A stretch of 64,000 bases of DNA, taken from contig NC_045697.1 in assembly GCF_009834535.1 (NCBI RefSeq), forward strand, positions 97,776,001 to 97,840,000, in the 5' to 3' direction. This DNA comes from Camelus ferus (lineage: Eukaryota). The translations under genes and the position numbers were made by a program. Shown here piece after piece: positions 38,220 through 51,334 of this stretch. The notes beneath the pieces are model-generated. The model made no database searches. It had not been told where the DNA came from and saw nothing but the letters and a program-made list of their open reading frames with translations. Positions within the stretch are counted from its first letter, which is position 1. Each line of letters starts with the position of its first letter.

Positions 38220-41200
38220 AAAATGCTCAGAAAACATGCTGTTTCACAAAAGCATTAACAATGGCAGAACTTTTCAAAATTGACTTTTCTGAACTCTGGA
38301 AATTAACTAAAGACTTGCAGCAATCTGAGAGGATTTATTCAGTAGAAGAGCTGGATACCATGTAAGAACAATGAGCTTCGCAGCATGTTAATCTGTTCTA
38401 TTTCTAACCCCTGTGTGGTAGCTTTGCAAATCAATAGCATCGTGACCACAGTATTGAAAACCAGCAGCCTACAGCCAAAGGAGTGGGGGTATGGGTTTAG
38501 ATCTCTCCGAAAGCCTTACGTCAGAAAATTCTATCTGATCTGGGAGTTACTTGGAAAAATCTCATATATACAGCTTGTCTTTATTTGAACTGACTCACAG
38601 CTCATTCAGGGAGAAAAACTCTATCCCCAGGATGTTTATCAAAAATAATCAACAGCAATTATTTAAAACTGCAGCTGCTTGAAGCAGTGAAACAAAATTG
38701 AGCAAACAGGAAAAAAAAAAAAGTATTAGGAACATCTGGCAAATGAGATGTCTATAGGGGGCTTTGAAAACCTCCAACATACTCCAGGGAATAAAGATGG
38801 TCACTTACATGTCTAGTGCTGTGCACATGACCATGAAAGATTGAGAAGACCTTAATCTCTCACTCTGGCTGACTTTCATCTCTGTACAAGAAGGAAGTAT
38901 AAACTAAGGCAGAATTGTAATCTGCCAGAGCAATGAAAGTATGCCCCATCATATGCACAGAACAGAAGGTGGGGGTGGGGGGAGGCTTTAATATCTTCAG
39001 TGTATTTAAAGAAATTTCTATTCAATTATTAGCTGACAACTAAGCTAACTGCCAGAGAATTCAGTAGTAGCATATGACAAAAGAATGTAGTTTTAACAGA
39101 ATTTCTCCTATAAAGTCACTAAAAATAAACAGTAAAAGCAACAATGACCAAAAAAAAAAAAAAAAAAAACAACAACCAAGGGAAGTACATGTGATTTTCA
39201 AGATTTACTGCTATTATTATTTTAATTGTTCAGTTTTTATCAAAAACTTATGAGCCATGCAAAAGAGAATGTATATCCCATAAAAAGTTTTTTAAAAAAT
39301 AACAAAACTTTACATTGACCAAGAAGAGAGAAGATTCAAATTAGTAAAATCAGTAACGAGAAACATTACTACTAACCTTAAGAAATGAAAAGAATTATAG
39401 ATTATTACAAGCAACTGTATTCAAACAAATTAGATAACCTAGATGAAGAAACTCCTAGAAAGACATATAAACTGCTAGAACTATCTTAAAAACTAGAAAA
39501 TCTGAATAGAACCATAACAAGTAAATATATTGGATTAGTAATAAACATTTTTTTCCCCAAAAGAAAAGCCAGGACCAAACTGCTCACTTTTGAATTCTAC
39601 TATTCCTTTAAAAATTAATATCAATCCTTCACATTCTCTATCAAAATACAGAAGAGGAGAAATCACTTTCCAATACATTCTGAGGTCACGTCTATCCTGT
39701 TACCAAAACCAAATAATGATATCACAATAAAAGCTAACAACAGAACAAAATCCCTAAAGAACAAAAATGCAAAATCTTCACAAAAGTATTAGCAAACAGA
39801 ATCCAACACATACAAAGATAATTAAGCAGTATGACCAAGTGAGATTTATGCCAGGGAAGTAAGGTTGCTTTAACATTTGAAAATTAGTCAATGTTCCACA
39901 CCATATTGACAGAATTAAAAGAAAAAAACTGCATGATTACCTAAATAGGTGCAGAAGAAGCATTTGACAAAACTCAACAGTCCTTCACGATAAATCACTC
40001 AACAAACTAGGAATAGAAAGAAATTTCCTCAACCTGATAAAGGACACTGATTAAATCTGACAAATGCCATCATATTTAATCATGAAAGACTAAATGCTTT
40101 TCCCTTAAAATAAGAAAAAATACAAGACTGGTATCATCACTTATATTCAACACTGTACTGGAGTAGATCTAGGGAGGGCAGTTAGTCACGAAAATGAAAT
40201 AAGAGTCATCCATATTGGAAAAGGAAGAAGTTAAACTACCTCTATCTATAGATATTATTTTGTGCATAGAAAATCCAAACGCATGAACAGAAGAAATATT
40301 AAAACAAATTAACAAATTCATTAAGGTGGTGGGATAAAATATCAATTGTATTTGTATACCTAACAATGAACAATCCAAAAACACAATTAAGAAAACACTT
40401 TCTACTTATACCTCAATAAAGCCGGGGGAAAAAAGAAAACATTTTTTATTTACAATAGCATCAAAAAAAAAAAAATAGAAATACATTTAGCAAAAGATGC
40501 GTAAGACTTGTACATTGAAAACTACAGAACTCTTGAAAGAAATTAAAGAAGATATAAACAAATGGGAAAACTATCCATGTTCATAGATTTAAAAGTTGAT
40601 ACTGCTACAATGACTATACTCCCCAAATGGATCTTTTCAAGGTAATCCCTATCAAAATTCTAGCTTTCTTTTTTTAAGAGTTGACAAGATGTTCCTGAAA
40701 TTCATACGGAATTGGAAAGGATTAGAATAGCGAAAACAATCTGGAAAATGAACAATTTGGAAGACTCACTTTTTTTTTTAACTTTAAAACTTACTACAAA
40801 GATATGCCAATCAAGATGATATGATACTGCCGTAAGAATAGAGATATAGACCAATGAGATAGAATTGAAAGTCCAGACATTAACTTTAACATTTATGGTC
40901 AGTTGATTTTCAACAAGTGTGGCAAGACAATTCAATGTGGGGGGAAATAGTCTTCTCAACAAATAGTATTAGGACAACTGGATACCCACATGCGAAAGAA
41001 TGAAATTGTATCCTTCCTTCACATCATATACAAAAATTAGTTCAAATGGATCACAGACTAAGGGTAAGTGATAAAACTCTTACAAGAAAATATCAGCTTG
41101 TTCAAAGCTTCTTGTGGAGAAGGGGAATTCAGCAAAAAAAAAAAATTTTTTTTAAAAAGAGTCAAACTTTTTATTACAATAATCCACAGAATGGGAAAAA

Positions 41201-42110
41201 ATATTTGAAAATTATAAGACATATAACTCAGATAAAGATTTAGTATATAACAACTCATAATTTAGTAATGAAAAGACAACCCAATTCAAAATTGGGGAAA
41301 AAATCTTTATAGACATTTTTCCAAGGAAGATAAATAAACGGCTAAATAATGTGAGAAGATGCTTAATGTCATTAGCCACAAGAGAAATGCAAATCAAAAT
41401 TATAATGATGTACCACTTCACACCCACTAGGATGACAAAATAAAAAAGATCAACAATAACACGTGTTGACGGATATAAAGAAACTGTAATGCTGACATTG
41501 CTATGGGATTGTAAAGGGATGCAGCCACACTGGAGAGCAATTTGTCAATTCTTCAAAATGTAAAACATAGAGTCGCCCTATGACCAGAAATTTTACTCAC
41601 AGGTATAGAACAAAGAGAAATGAAAGCATACATTCACACATAAACTTGTACATGAACGTTCACGGCAGCCTTATTCATAATAGCTAAGATTTGGAAAAAA
41701 TACAAATGTCGATCAACTGATGAGTGCCTGAACAAAGTGCAAAATATATATACACGTGATATTATTTGACAATGAAAAGGAATAACATACCAATACATGC
41801 TACAGCATGAATGAACCTTGAAACCAATATGCTACATCTGAGAATTCAGTCACAACGACACGTTCTATGATTCCTTTTATATGAAATGTCCAGAATAGGC
41901 AAACCTATACAGACAGAAAGTAGATCAGTGGTTGCCTGACTACGGGGAGAGACGAACTGGAACCGTTAAATGGTTTGGGGCTTGTGTTTGGGGTGTTAAA
42001 AAATATTCTGAAATTAGACAGTAATGATAGGTGCACACATAAATCTATGAATATACTAAAAACTTCAGATGTGTGAACTGAATGTTGTATGAATTATACC
42101 ACAATAAAAC
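38220..42110 (+). mobile_element. L1MB-like LINE-1: 5' UTR, internal deletion of most of ORF1 and the EN domain, ORF2 and 3' UTR
   Basis: 5' UTR-like 38220-39290; ORF2 (gcagaagaagcatttgacaaaactcaac) 39300-41850; L1MB 3' end (atgaaatgtccagaataggcaaacctatacagacagaaagtaga...gaattataccacaataaa). Confidence 0.88.
40398..40432 (+). mobile_element. 35-bp L1 3'-terminal micro-insertion with 9-bp TSD
   Basis: ctttctacttatacctcaataaagccgggggaaaa flanked by aagaaaaca at 40389-40397 and 40433-40441. Confidence 0.7.
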
Positions 42111-42712
42111 ACACATGCCGACCCCAAATCTCTTACACGTGATAACTGATTCTTTTTTGAAATTATGTGCAAATCTTGGAAGACATTTATTTTAGTAAGT
42201 ATGTTGTGCTAATGTGGTGAACACAGTTATTATATAGAGTGGTAGAGAAAATCATTTGAAGAATATCACCTTTTTAAGACCCAAATTGGATGAATGCTGT
42301 ATCCTGCAACTTTTTATCCTTAATGCTTTGAGTTGGGCCTTATTTTGCCCTTGGGGATACCTTGTTTTTCACTGTTCTGCTCTCATTTTATGCACTATTA
42401 TCCACTGGAAAAGGAAGACCTCAATGTGTGGGCTGTGAGGATAATGCTCACGGCTGATATCCCGTAGAAGTAGGGTGAGCATGAAGGTTTAACCATCATG
42501 TTTAATGTCTGTGGCTCCAGTTTGGGTTATAAATTATATGATCACCTATAAGGACCATTTTAGGGGCCCATGATCAGGAGCCTACTTAACAGGTTAAATT
42601 ATTCTATAAAGAATCCCCTTCAAGCAATACTACCTGATGATGTTTAAGGATACATGGTTATGCTGTAGAAGACTAAAGACAGGAAGTGATTCCCAGAAAG
42701 GTCAGTGTAGTG

Positions 42713-42965
42713 CAGCGATTCTCACCTAGGGGTGATCCCTCCCCGCAACAGCCTGTCATTTGGCAACGTCTGGAGACATGTTGGCTTGTCACAATTGTGG
42801 GGCTAAGGGGAGCGGGTGAGTCAGAGGAGGACAGAGTGTTCCACTAACATCTAGTCGGCAGAGACCAGTGATGCTGCTTAACTTCCTACAATGCCCAGGA
42901 GGGCTCCCTTCAGCAAAGAACTATCTGGTACAAAATGTCTATAGTGCTGAGGTTTGGAAACTCTG
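42713..42965. mobile_element. MER20 (hAT-Charlie)
   Basis: cagcgattctcacctaggggtgat...catttggcaacgtctggagacat...gatgctgcttaacttcctacaatgc...aaaatgtctatagtgctgaggtttggaaactctg. Confidence 0.9.
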
Positions 42966-43011
42966 AGACAGTGTTTACATTTGCAGGGAAAGAATATACA
43001 TATATATTTTT

Positions 43012-43104
43012 TAAGATGATTGATCTGTTTATATTCTGTGCAGTTTTTGGCATACATGTTATACTTAATGTAAAAACACAGAAGGAGGGAAAGAAGAAAG
43101 GAAG
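43012..43104 (+). repeat. 93-bp local segment duplicated into the downstream L1 (donor copy)
   Basis: Ungapped 83/93 identity with 45012-45104. Confidence 0.95.
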
Positions 43105-45011
43105 CAAGGGAGGGAGGGAGGGAGGAAGGAATCTTAAACAGACCAATGGTAGGAAGTCAATACAAATGCCTATGGTATTATCTCCAAATGCTTTAGGTAT
43201 TAGTTCTTTCAGATTTTCAAAGAAGTAATAATTGTCACCCTATATATAATAGTATTTCAAAATAAAAATACATTAAGCCTCCCAATTTATTTTATTGAGC
43301 AAAATAATTCTTATAAGAAAGTATCACTTAAAAGATTGCATATTAATGTTGTGACTGTTAGTATAAAATTTTAATGAATTTGTAGCAAAATAAATTTAGA
43401 AGTAGAATGTCAAGCATGCTTTAATGTTAGAAAAGTTATTAAATATTATATCACATTAATAATTCTAAAAGTTAAGAAATTCTCTTCAGATTGGGGAAAA
43501 TATTTAATAAAATTTGCTAATGATTTTTAAGTTTTAAGAAGAAAATTTCTTAACATGATAAAAGTATATCAAAGCAACTTCTAAATTATAGTTAAAATTG
43601 GTTTTATATGATGAATGCTCTAAGAATTCACATTTAAATCAGAAAGAAGTCTATTATTGTTATTTAATTTTTACATTTTTCTAGAAGTTCAAATTAGTCC
43701 AATAAGATTTTAAAATAGAAATAAAAGTTTTACATTTTGTAGATTCTCTCCTAGTTTATTCCACATTGTTTTCTGTAAGCTTCTGGGTGGTATCCTCATT
43801 TATCTTTTTGTAGATAAGAGTCTCAGAATAATGAGAAGCTTCATAATTTAAGCCTGTATATATCATCTTTTACTACCAAGTAATATGTATAAGAGACATA
43901 AGCCATAGTCAATCCTTAACTTTAACTCAGTCTTCATATTCATTGTTTCTCTTACCAATTTTTTTTTTTTTTTAATTACATCCCTAACACTCAGGCAGGG
44001 AGCAGGTAAGACTCTGGGGGAAACTAAGAATGTGGGTTTCACATGTGACTTAGGAAATTTTAGAGCTACAAGTCCAACAGTTAATTTTTCAAGCAAGTTA
44101 AAATAGTCCCCAAATCCAAACTGCTGTATCAAAGTGCCATATATCAGACTTTAAGCATGACCAAAGTACTGTGACAAGTCCATCTATAAGGAGACATTTA
44201 CTAGTGAAAACTTCCTTCTGATGCACGTGGATTTTAGCTTCTTGCTAAGGAGAAGGTGCTCTGTGTAAGGACCCAGTGGAAATGGTTCCTGAGTTAGCAT
44301 TTCTATTGTTTGAATTAATGGGTTCAACAGCTGGCACATGGCTAGGCTGGGACAGGTGAAGAGAAAATGCACACTGGGGAACACAGAACTACTATGTCAA
44401 TGGCAATGTTGAGAGCAGAATGGTTTTACCACTGATCCCTTTCAAAATGTCCAATGGGTGTAATCATTTGTATGCAAATGACACTGACCTCTGTGTGTCT
44501 CATTATCCCTGGTTGTAGAAAATGGAAAGTATTATCTTTATAACATATGAAATACCATATATCACATATGCAACTCAGTACTTAGTCAAAAGTGAGCACT
44601 CAAAATGTTTGCTCTTTTTCCTCTTCCCTTACACTCCTTATTAATGTTACAAAGACTCTTATTATAACATTTTCTTCTAATTTTTGAGTTATCAAAACTA
44701 TAATTTAAAAACTCTCTTGCCTCAGAAAACTAAGGGTGGTGAAGGCATATTTTTAAAAACTGTTTTCCATTGGAAGGTTTTTATTACTTACAATATTTGC
44801 ATTAACTTGAATGAAGATTATAATATTTATGTAAATATATACTTAATTATTCAATGATTAGTTAATGATAAAAGTGTACTATTTTAGAAAATTCTTATTC
44901 ACCTGAAGCAACCATCACCCTAAATAAAAACCAGACAAACACACCACCAAAAAAGAAAATCACAGGCCAGTAACATTGATGAACATAGATGTAAAAATCC
45001 TCAACAAAATA

Positions 45012-45104
45012 TAAGATGATTGAGCTGTTTATATTTTGTGCAGTTTTTGGTATACGTGTTACACTTAATTTAAAAATACAGAAGCAGAGAAAGAAGGAAG
45101 GAAG
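45012..45104 (+). repeat. Templated insertion in L1 ORF2 (copy of 43012-43104)
   Basis: Interrupts ...ctcaacaaaata | aacagaatccaac..., with loss of only about 6 nt of L1 (ttagca). Confidence 0.92.
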
Positions 45105-45833
45105 AACAGAATCCAACAAAACATAAAAAGATCATACACTATGATCAAGTTGGATTCATCCCAGGGATGCAGGGATGGGTCAACATATGCACCTCAATTA
45201 ATGTGATACACCATATCAACAAGAAAAGGATAAAAATCACATGATCATCTCAATAGATGCAGAAAAAGCATTTGATAAAATTCAACACCCATCTATGATA
45301 AAAACTCTTACAAGAGTGGGTACAGAGGGAACATATCTCAACATAATAAAGCTATGTATGACGAACCTACAGCCAGCATAGTACTCAATGGTGAAAAACT
45401 GAAAACTTTCCCCTTAAAACCTGGAACAAGACAAGGATGCCACTCTCACCACTTCTATTCAGTATGGTAATGGAAGTCCTCACCATATCAGTCAGGCAAT
45501 AAAAAGAAATAAAAGGGATTCAAATTGGAAGAGAGGAGGTAAAACTGTCACTATAAGAGGATAACATAGTACTATATATAGAAACCCCTAAAGGCTCCAC
45601 ACAAAAACTACTAAAGCTGATAAAAGAACTGGGCAAGGTAGCAGGATACAAGATTAACATACAGAAATAACAATGAAATACCAGATAAAGAAGGTAAAGA
45701 AAGTACCTTTTAAAATCACATCCAAAACAATAAAATACTAAGGGATAAATCTGACCAAGGAGATGAAAGACTTATATGCAGAGAACTACAAAACATTAAT
45801 TAAGGAAATTAAAGATAACTTAAAGAAATGGGA

Positions 45834-45921
45834 AATGTCTCCTAGATGTTGACTCTGTATAAGGCATTATGTTACGTGTATGTATAGTAAATCTGTATTC
45901 TCATATTTAAAAAAAAAAAAA
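45834..45921 (+). pseudogene. Tiny retrocopy of a cellular transcript 3' end (about 75 nt plus poly(A))
   Basis: Non-L1 sequence with AGTAAA about 17 nt before the poly(A); TSD aaagaaatggga 45822-45833 / aaagaaatagga 45922-45933. Confidence 0.75.
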
Positions 45922-47469
45922 AAAGAAATAGGATATCCCATGCTTTCAGATTGCAAGAATTAATATTGTTAAAAGGGCCATACTGCCCAAGCAATCTACA
46001 GATTTAATGTGATCCCTATCAAATTACCCAGGACATTTTTTACAGAACTAGAACAAATAATCCTAAAATGTATGTGGAATCACAAAAGACCCAAAATTTC
46101 CAAAGCAATACTGAAGAAAAAGAATGAAGCTGGAAGAATAACCCTCCCAGACTTCAGACAATACCACAGAGCTACAGTAGTCAAAACAGCATGGTATTAT
46201 CCCCAAAATAGATCATGGAACAGACTAGAGATCCCAGAAATAAACCCACAGACCTATGGTCAATTCATCTTCGACAAAGGAGGCAAGAATATACAATGGA
46301 GAAAAGACAGTCTCTTCAGCAAGTGATGTTGGGAAAATTGAATAGCTACATGAAAATTAAGGAAATTAGAATACTCCCTCACACCACACACAAAAACAAA
46401 CTCAAAATGGCTTAAGGACTTAAACATAAGACAGGACAGAATAAAACTCCTAGAAGAAAATGTAAGCAAAACATTCTCTGACATAAATCTTAGCAATGTT
46501 CTCCTAGGGCAATCTACCCAGACAATAGATTAAAAGCAAAAATAAACAAATGGAACCTAATTAAACTTATAAGCTTTTGTACAACAAAGGAAACAATAAG
46601 CAAAACAAAAAGACAACCTATGGAATGGGAGAAAATATTTGCAAATGATGTGACTGACAAAGGTTTAATTTCCAGAATATATAAATAGCTCATACAACTT
46701 AATAACAAGAACAACAACAACAAAAAACCCCAATCCAAATGGGAAGATGACCTAAACAAGCACTGAAGACATACAAATGACTAATAAGCACATGAAAAAA
46801 ATTCAATATTGCTAATTATCAGAAAAATGCAAGTCAAAACTACAATGATGTATTACACCAGTCAGAATGGCCATCATTCAAAAGTCCACAAATGATAAAT
46901 GCTGGAGAGGGTGTGGAGAAAAGGGAACCCTCCTACACTGCCGGTGGGAATGTAGTCCAGTGCAGTGGTTATAGAAAACAGTATGGAGAATCCTCAAAAG
47001 ACTAAAAATCTAACTACCGTATCATCCAGCAATCTCACTCCTCGGCATATATCCAGAGGGAACTCTAATTCGAAAAGACACATGCATCCCAATGTTCACA
47101 GCAGCACTATATACAATAGTCAAAACATGGAAACAACCTAAATGTCCATCAACAGATGACTTTGGATAAAGAAGCTGTGGTTTATTTATACAATGGAATA
47201 CTACTCAGCCATAAAAAAGAATAAAACAATGCCATTTGCAGCAACATGGATGGACCTGGAAAATTTCATTCTAAGTGAAGTAAGCCAGAAAGAGAAAGAA
47301 AAATACCATATGGTATCACTCATATGTGGGATCTAAAAAAAGAAAAAAGAAGACACTAACAAACATCTACAAAACAGAAACAGACTTACAGACATAGTAA
47401 ACAAACTTACGGTTACAGGGGGGAAAAGGGGTGGGAAGGGATAAGTTGGGAATTTGAGATTTGCAAATA

Positions 47470-47613
47470 AAACTCATGCAGTGTTGTAACATAGGTAAAG
47501 TCAGATGTTTAAGAAAGCAAAGGGCCCTGGGCTCCAGAACACAGAAACATGCTTTTGGAAAAGGCTTTTGTTTTGGGCATGGAGAAGCAGATGCTTCATA
47601 TAAAAGGCAGTTG
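47470..47613. other. 144-bp non-L1 segment between two copies of the L1 3' UTR
   Basis: Flanked by duplicated L1 3' UTR block tacaaaacagaaacagac...gatttgca(a/g)ata (about 47366-47469 and 47615-47719). Confidence 0.85.
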
Positions 47614-50600
47614 TATTTACAAAACAGAAACAGACTCACAGACAGAGAAAACAAACTGCAGGTTACCAGAGGGGAAGGGGGTGGGAAGGGATAAATTGGG
47701 AGTTCGGGATTTGCAGATACTAACTACTATATATAAAACAGATAAACAACAAGTTTCTTCTGTATAGCACAGGGAACTATATTCATATCTTGTAGTAACC
47801 TATAATGAAAAAGAATCTGAAAACGAATGTATGTATATTCATGTATGACTGAAGCATTGTGCTGTACACCAGGAATTGGCACATTGTAAACTGACTATAC
47901 TTCAATTAAAAAAAAATGTTAAAAAAAGAAAATTCTTATTCATCGTTAGTATCTTTTAAAATTCAGTACTAATTATAGAACTAGAATCATCTTTGTTATT
48001 AAAGCATTATCTTAATTTCTTGGCATTCTCAAAATTTATATATATATTTTTTCCCTCAAAATACTTTATTTGTAATACAGTTTGGTCTGTTTCATCCTAG
48101 ACATCCAAGAAAAAATAAAGATGAAGGAAACTTCTAAGTAAGAATGGCAGAGAAAGTCAAAATTATAGTATTTTATGTAATAGCTGTTCTCCTTTCTGAG
48201 TCTTGCTCAGGAAGACCAATAAAATATTGGAGCAAAAAAAGACCAATGTGTGTAAAATTTTAATCTCATTGTCATAAAGTTACTGTAAAAAAATCACATG
48301 AGAATCAACGATTTTTAGCTTTGAATCTTCTATACAGTAGGTATAGACTGCCTTTCTAGTGAGTTCAAAATAGAAACATCAAGGTATCTAAATATCCATG
48401 ACAAAGAATTAACTCTTTTCTAGTCTATTTGAGTCAATCATTGAGCAATTGATTAGAATAGTTCACAGTTAATTGTGTTCACTCCACTGTTAGGACAGCT
48501 GGAAAAGAAAATCAATCTCTTGAGTTAAGGCTCTATCCTTTCAAGACTACCCACCCACGGGAAAAGGAGAAGTTGGCCAACTTCTCCATCAGGCCACATA
48601 ATGGTCTTTTCCTTTCTCTCTCTGGAAGGTGCTTGGAGTTAATATAAGTAAGCTACTCTTCTTACAGTCTGTGATACTGCCTGCCGAACAAGTTATACTT
48701 AGCCCTCTCCCTTGGTTTATTAGACAAATATGAACTGAGGAACAGGCCTGTATTTTGCCCTTTGCACTTCTTCAAATAAATTCAGTAGTTTCCCCAAAAT
48801 ATTTTAGTTAGAAATTGCATCAGTATAAATCATCTTGGAAAAGAAAGCTCAATATACATGAGAAATAGAATGAAGCTACTGCACACAATACTGTAACGGA
48901 ACCATAATTGCTGTTATGGAAAAATCTTGTTCATTTTTCTCCCTCATATCCCCCAATGCCTGGGGCACATTATGTGCTCAATAATAATGTTTGGCATAAA
49001 ATAATCAGTACTGCTTGGCTAGAGGAACCCTTGAGGAGCCTTTAGGTGTCCATCATTTAAAAACAGTATGAAGCATCAGTTTGTCCAAGTGTACTTGACA
49101 TGTGTGGCTGACTGGATAGAGTCTGAACTGATCCTGGGAGAATACTGCACGTCTTCAGCCAGTGTTTCTGGAAAGAAGTGAGGAGTATGAGGAGTCAGTG
49201 GGAATTTTAATTCACTGAGTTTCAAAACATTTGCTTCCTGGAAAGAGACGTGTGCTTTCTGAAAGAAGCACTGGGGCTCAAGAACTCCCACAGATCTTTT
49301 CTCTTTGAGGATAGATGCTCAGATGGGAATATCCAAGGATTAACCTGTCAATCTTAAGGCAGTGACACAGGGACTGTTAATTTATGTGCTTGGACACTTC
49401 AGAAGTCTAGAACTGTGCTATCAACTTTGGCCAAACGACACTTTAAAGTGAAAAGAAAAGAGGTGGTCATTGCGATGGAATGGTAGTGGTGGAAAAAAAT
49501 GAGAAAATACTTCTCAGTTTGGGAGAAATCTATTGGTTTGTTTTGCTTTTAGTGAATTTTATTTTCCCATTTGTTTCCAACACAAAAGCAAGGGTTATCA
49601 TCATAGGAGTAATACTTACCCAGACAGTCAAAAATTTAACTCAGTATCAATACTCACAATATCAACCAAGTTTTGCTCTACTAAAAATAGATCACAAAGT
49701 AAAAATATTAAGTTAAAATTAACATTGCAATAGACTCTCGAAGAATTAATATTTGCTTCCTTCTGCTTAGACAATTTTCTATTGAAGTAAAAATAAATTT
49801 ACAGTTTTAATCCTTCCCCCTGTTGGGCAGCCTTTATGTATTTATCATGCCTTCCTTGACAACCATAACAAGTATGTTGAGAACGCCATCCTTTGCAGTG
49901 ATCATAGGTTGTTTCCAGACACAGTCACCCAGCAACATCTGTACTTCAGCAGTTGGCTAATGTGTGCTTGTAACAGAGACTGGAAATGTCAAATATATAT
50001 ATATAAAATAGCAACTTATGTCTATATTCCTCAAAAAGATCTTCAGTGCCTACTTGAGCCAAATAAGGACTAAAGGTTCTTCATTATTTGCCGGGTTAGC
50101 ACCACATTACAGACATCTCCCTGCGGGGCCTAAGGGTAGGACCATCAGGTTCCATAATGAGCAGCTGGTTGAATTCTGATAAGTGAACCATCATTAAATT
50201 TTAAAAATATATGTATTTGTTCCTATGCGCAGCATGAGCCCAGTAAGCAATTATAATCCATAAATTTTGTTATATCAATCATTTATTGCAAATCTACAGG
50301 ACAAATCTAAATTACATGTGGCTTAACAACAAAAAGAAAATCCTGAAAATTAATACAGTCTTATTGTTTCACCTGGTGTTTGCTTTTTTGTGTGAAGTCG
50401 TTTTTTTTTTAACTTGTCGTTAATATGAATTTTACTTGTGGTTAGACATATCATTTCTATGTTATACATTTAAGAAACATCAGTAGATTATATTGTCCTT
50501 TCTGAGGACCCTCATAATTTTTTTTCTGATGACAGGAATTAAAAATCAGTGAATGTCAGAATGCCAGTCTATATAGTAAAACTTGCTAAATCCATGTCAG

Positions 50601-51194
50601 TACACACCAATTCCTTCTTTCTCTGTACTTTTCCTTAAAATTATATATATTACCACAAAGCTGCCAGTGAAATATTCTGCTACAGGTTTCTCTCCCTTCC
50701 ACCCTACTTTCGATTATAAATTCATTCAAGATGAAAATCTATTTTATATTTCTATTCTACTCCCAATAACATCATACATGATATAATCAGTAAATTTGTA
50801 AAAGCCTTTCGTATCAAGGCAAATTTGATAAAAAGTGTATAAACATGAAAGCTGTTATGACGTCAGAGATTGAAGAGATAATGATTCACCTAAAATGTGG
50901 AAAAGCTATCATTTAATATACAGAATTATTTGCCTGTAACAAGCTTGTTATTATGCACAGAGGAGCAGTAGTTTGCATCAAACCTCAATCACTAAATCAT
51001 AAATTTTACTGCATTTTGCCAAAATTCACAATGGCAAGTCTTGGGATTCCATCTATTCTGAATTTTTCAGTTCTTTGTCAAATATTAATTCTTTCCTCTG
51101 ACATTTCAAGGGAGGAAGGTATTAAAAATTCATCCCATGTTCCAGGCACCCTGGATTATGTATTTGAACCTGACAACAATCCTCTCATTATTTT

Positions 51195-51315
51195 CATCTC
51201 TTCACTGGAATGTGAGCTACAAGAGAGTAGAGACCTTTTCTATTTGATTTTCTACTGTATTCACGGGACTTTGACCAGAGTAAGAACTTAATAAACACTT
51301 TTTCAAATAATGAAT
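51195..51315 (+). mobile_element. L2 3' end
   Basis: cactggaatgtgagctacaagagagtagagacc...acttaataaacac...aataatgaat. Confidence 0.7.
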
Positions 51316-51334
51316 CAAAGTGGAAAGGCAAGTT

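Larger units (their letters stand above)
44902..47926 (+). mobile_element. Lineage-specific 5'-truncated LINE-1 (ORF2 RT to 3' UTR), composite
   Basis: ORF2 peptides ([19 protein letters not shown]..., [12 protein letters not shown]), A-tail, perfect 16-bp TSD agaaaattcttattca 44886-44901 / 47927-47942. Confidence 0.96.

Noticed and set aside
46009..46326. 105-aa ORF with clear L1 ORF2 similarity
   Set aside because: Fragment of a truncated, stop- and frameshift-ridden L1; not an intact CDS.
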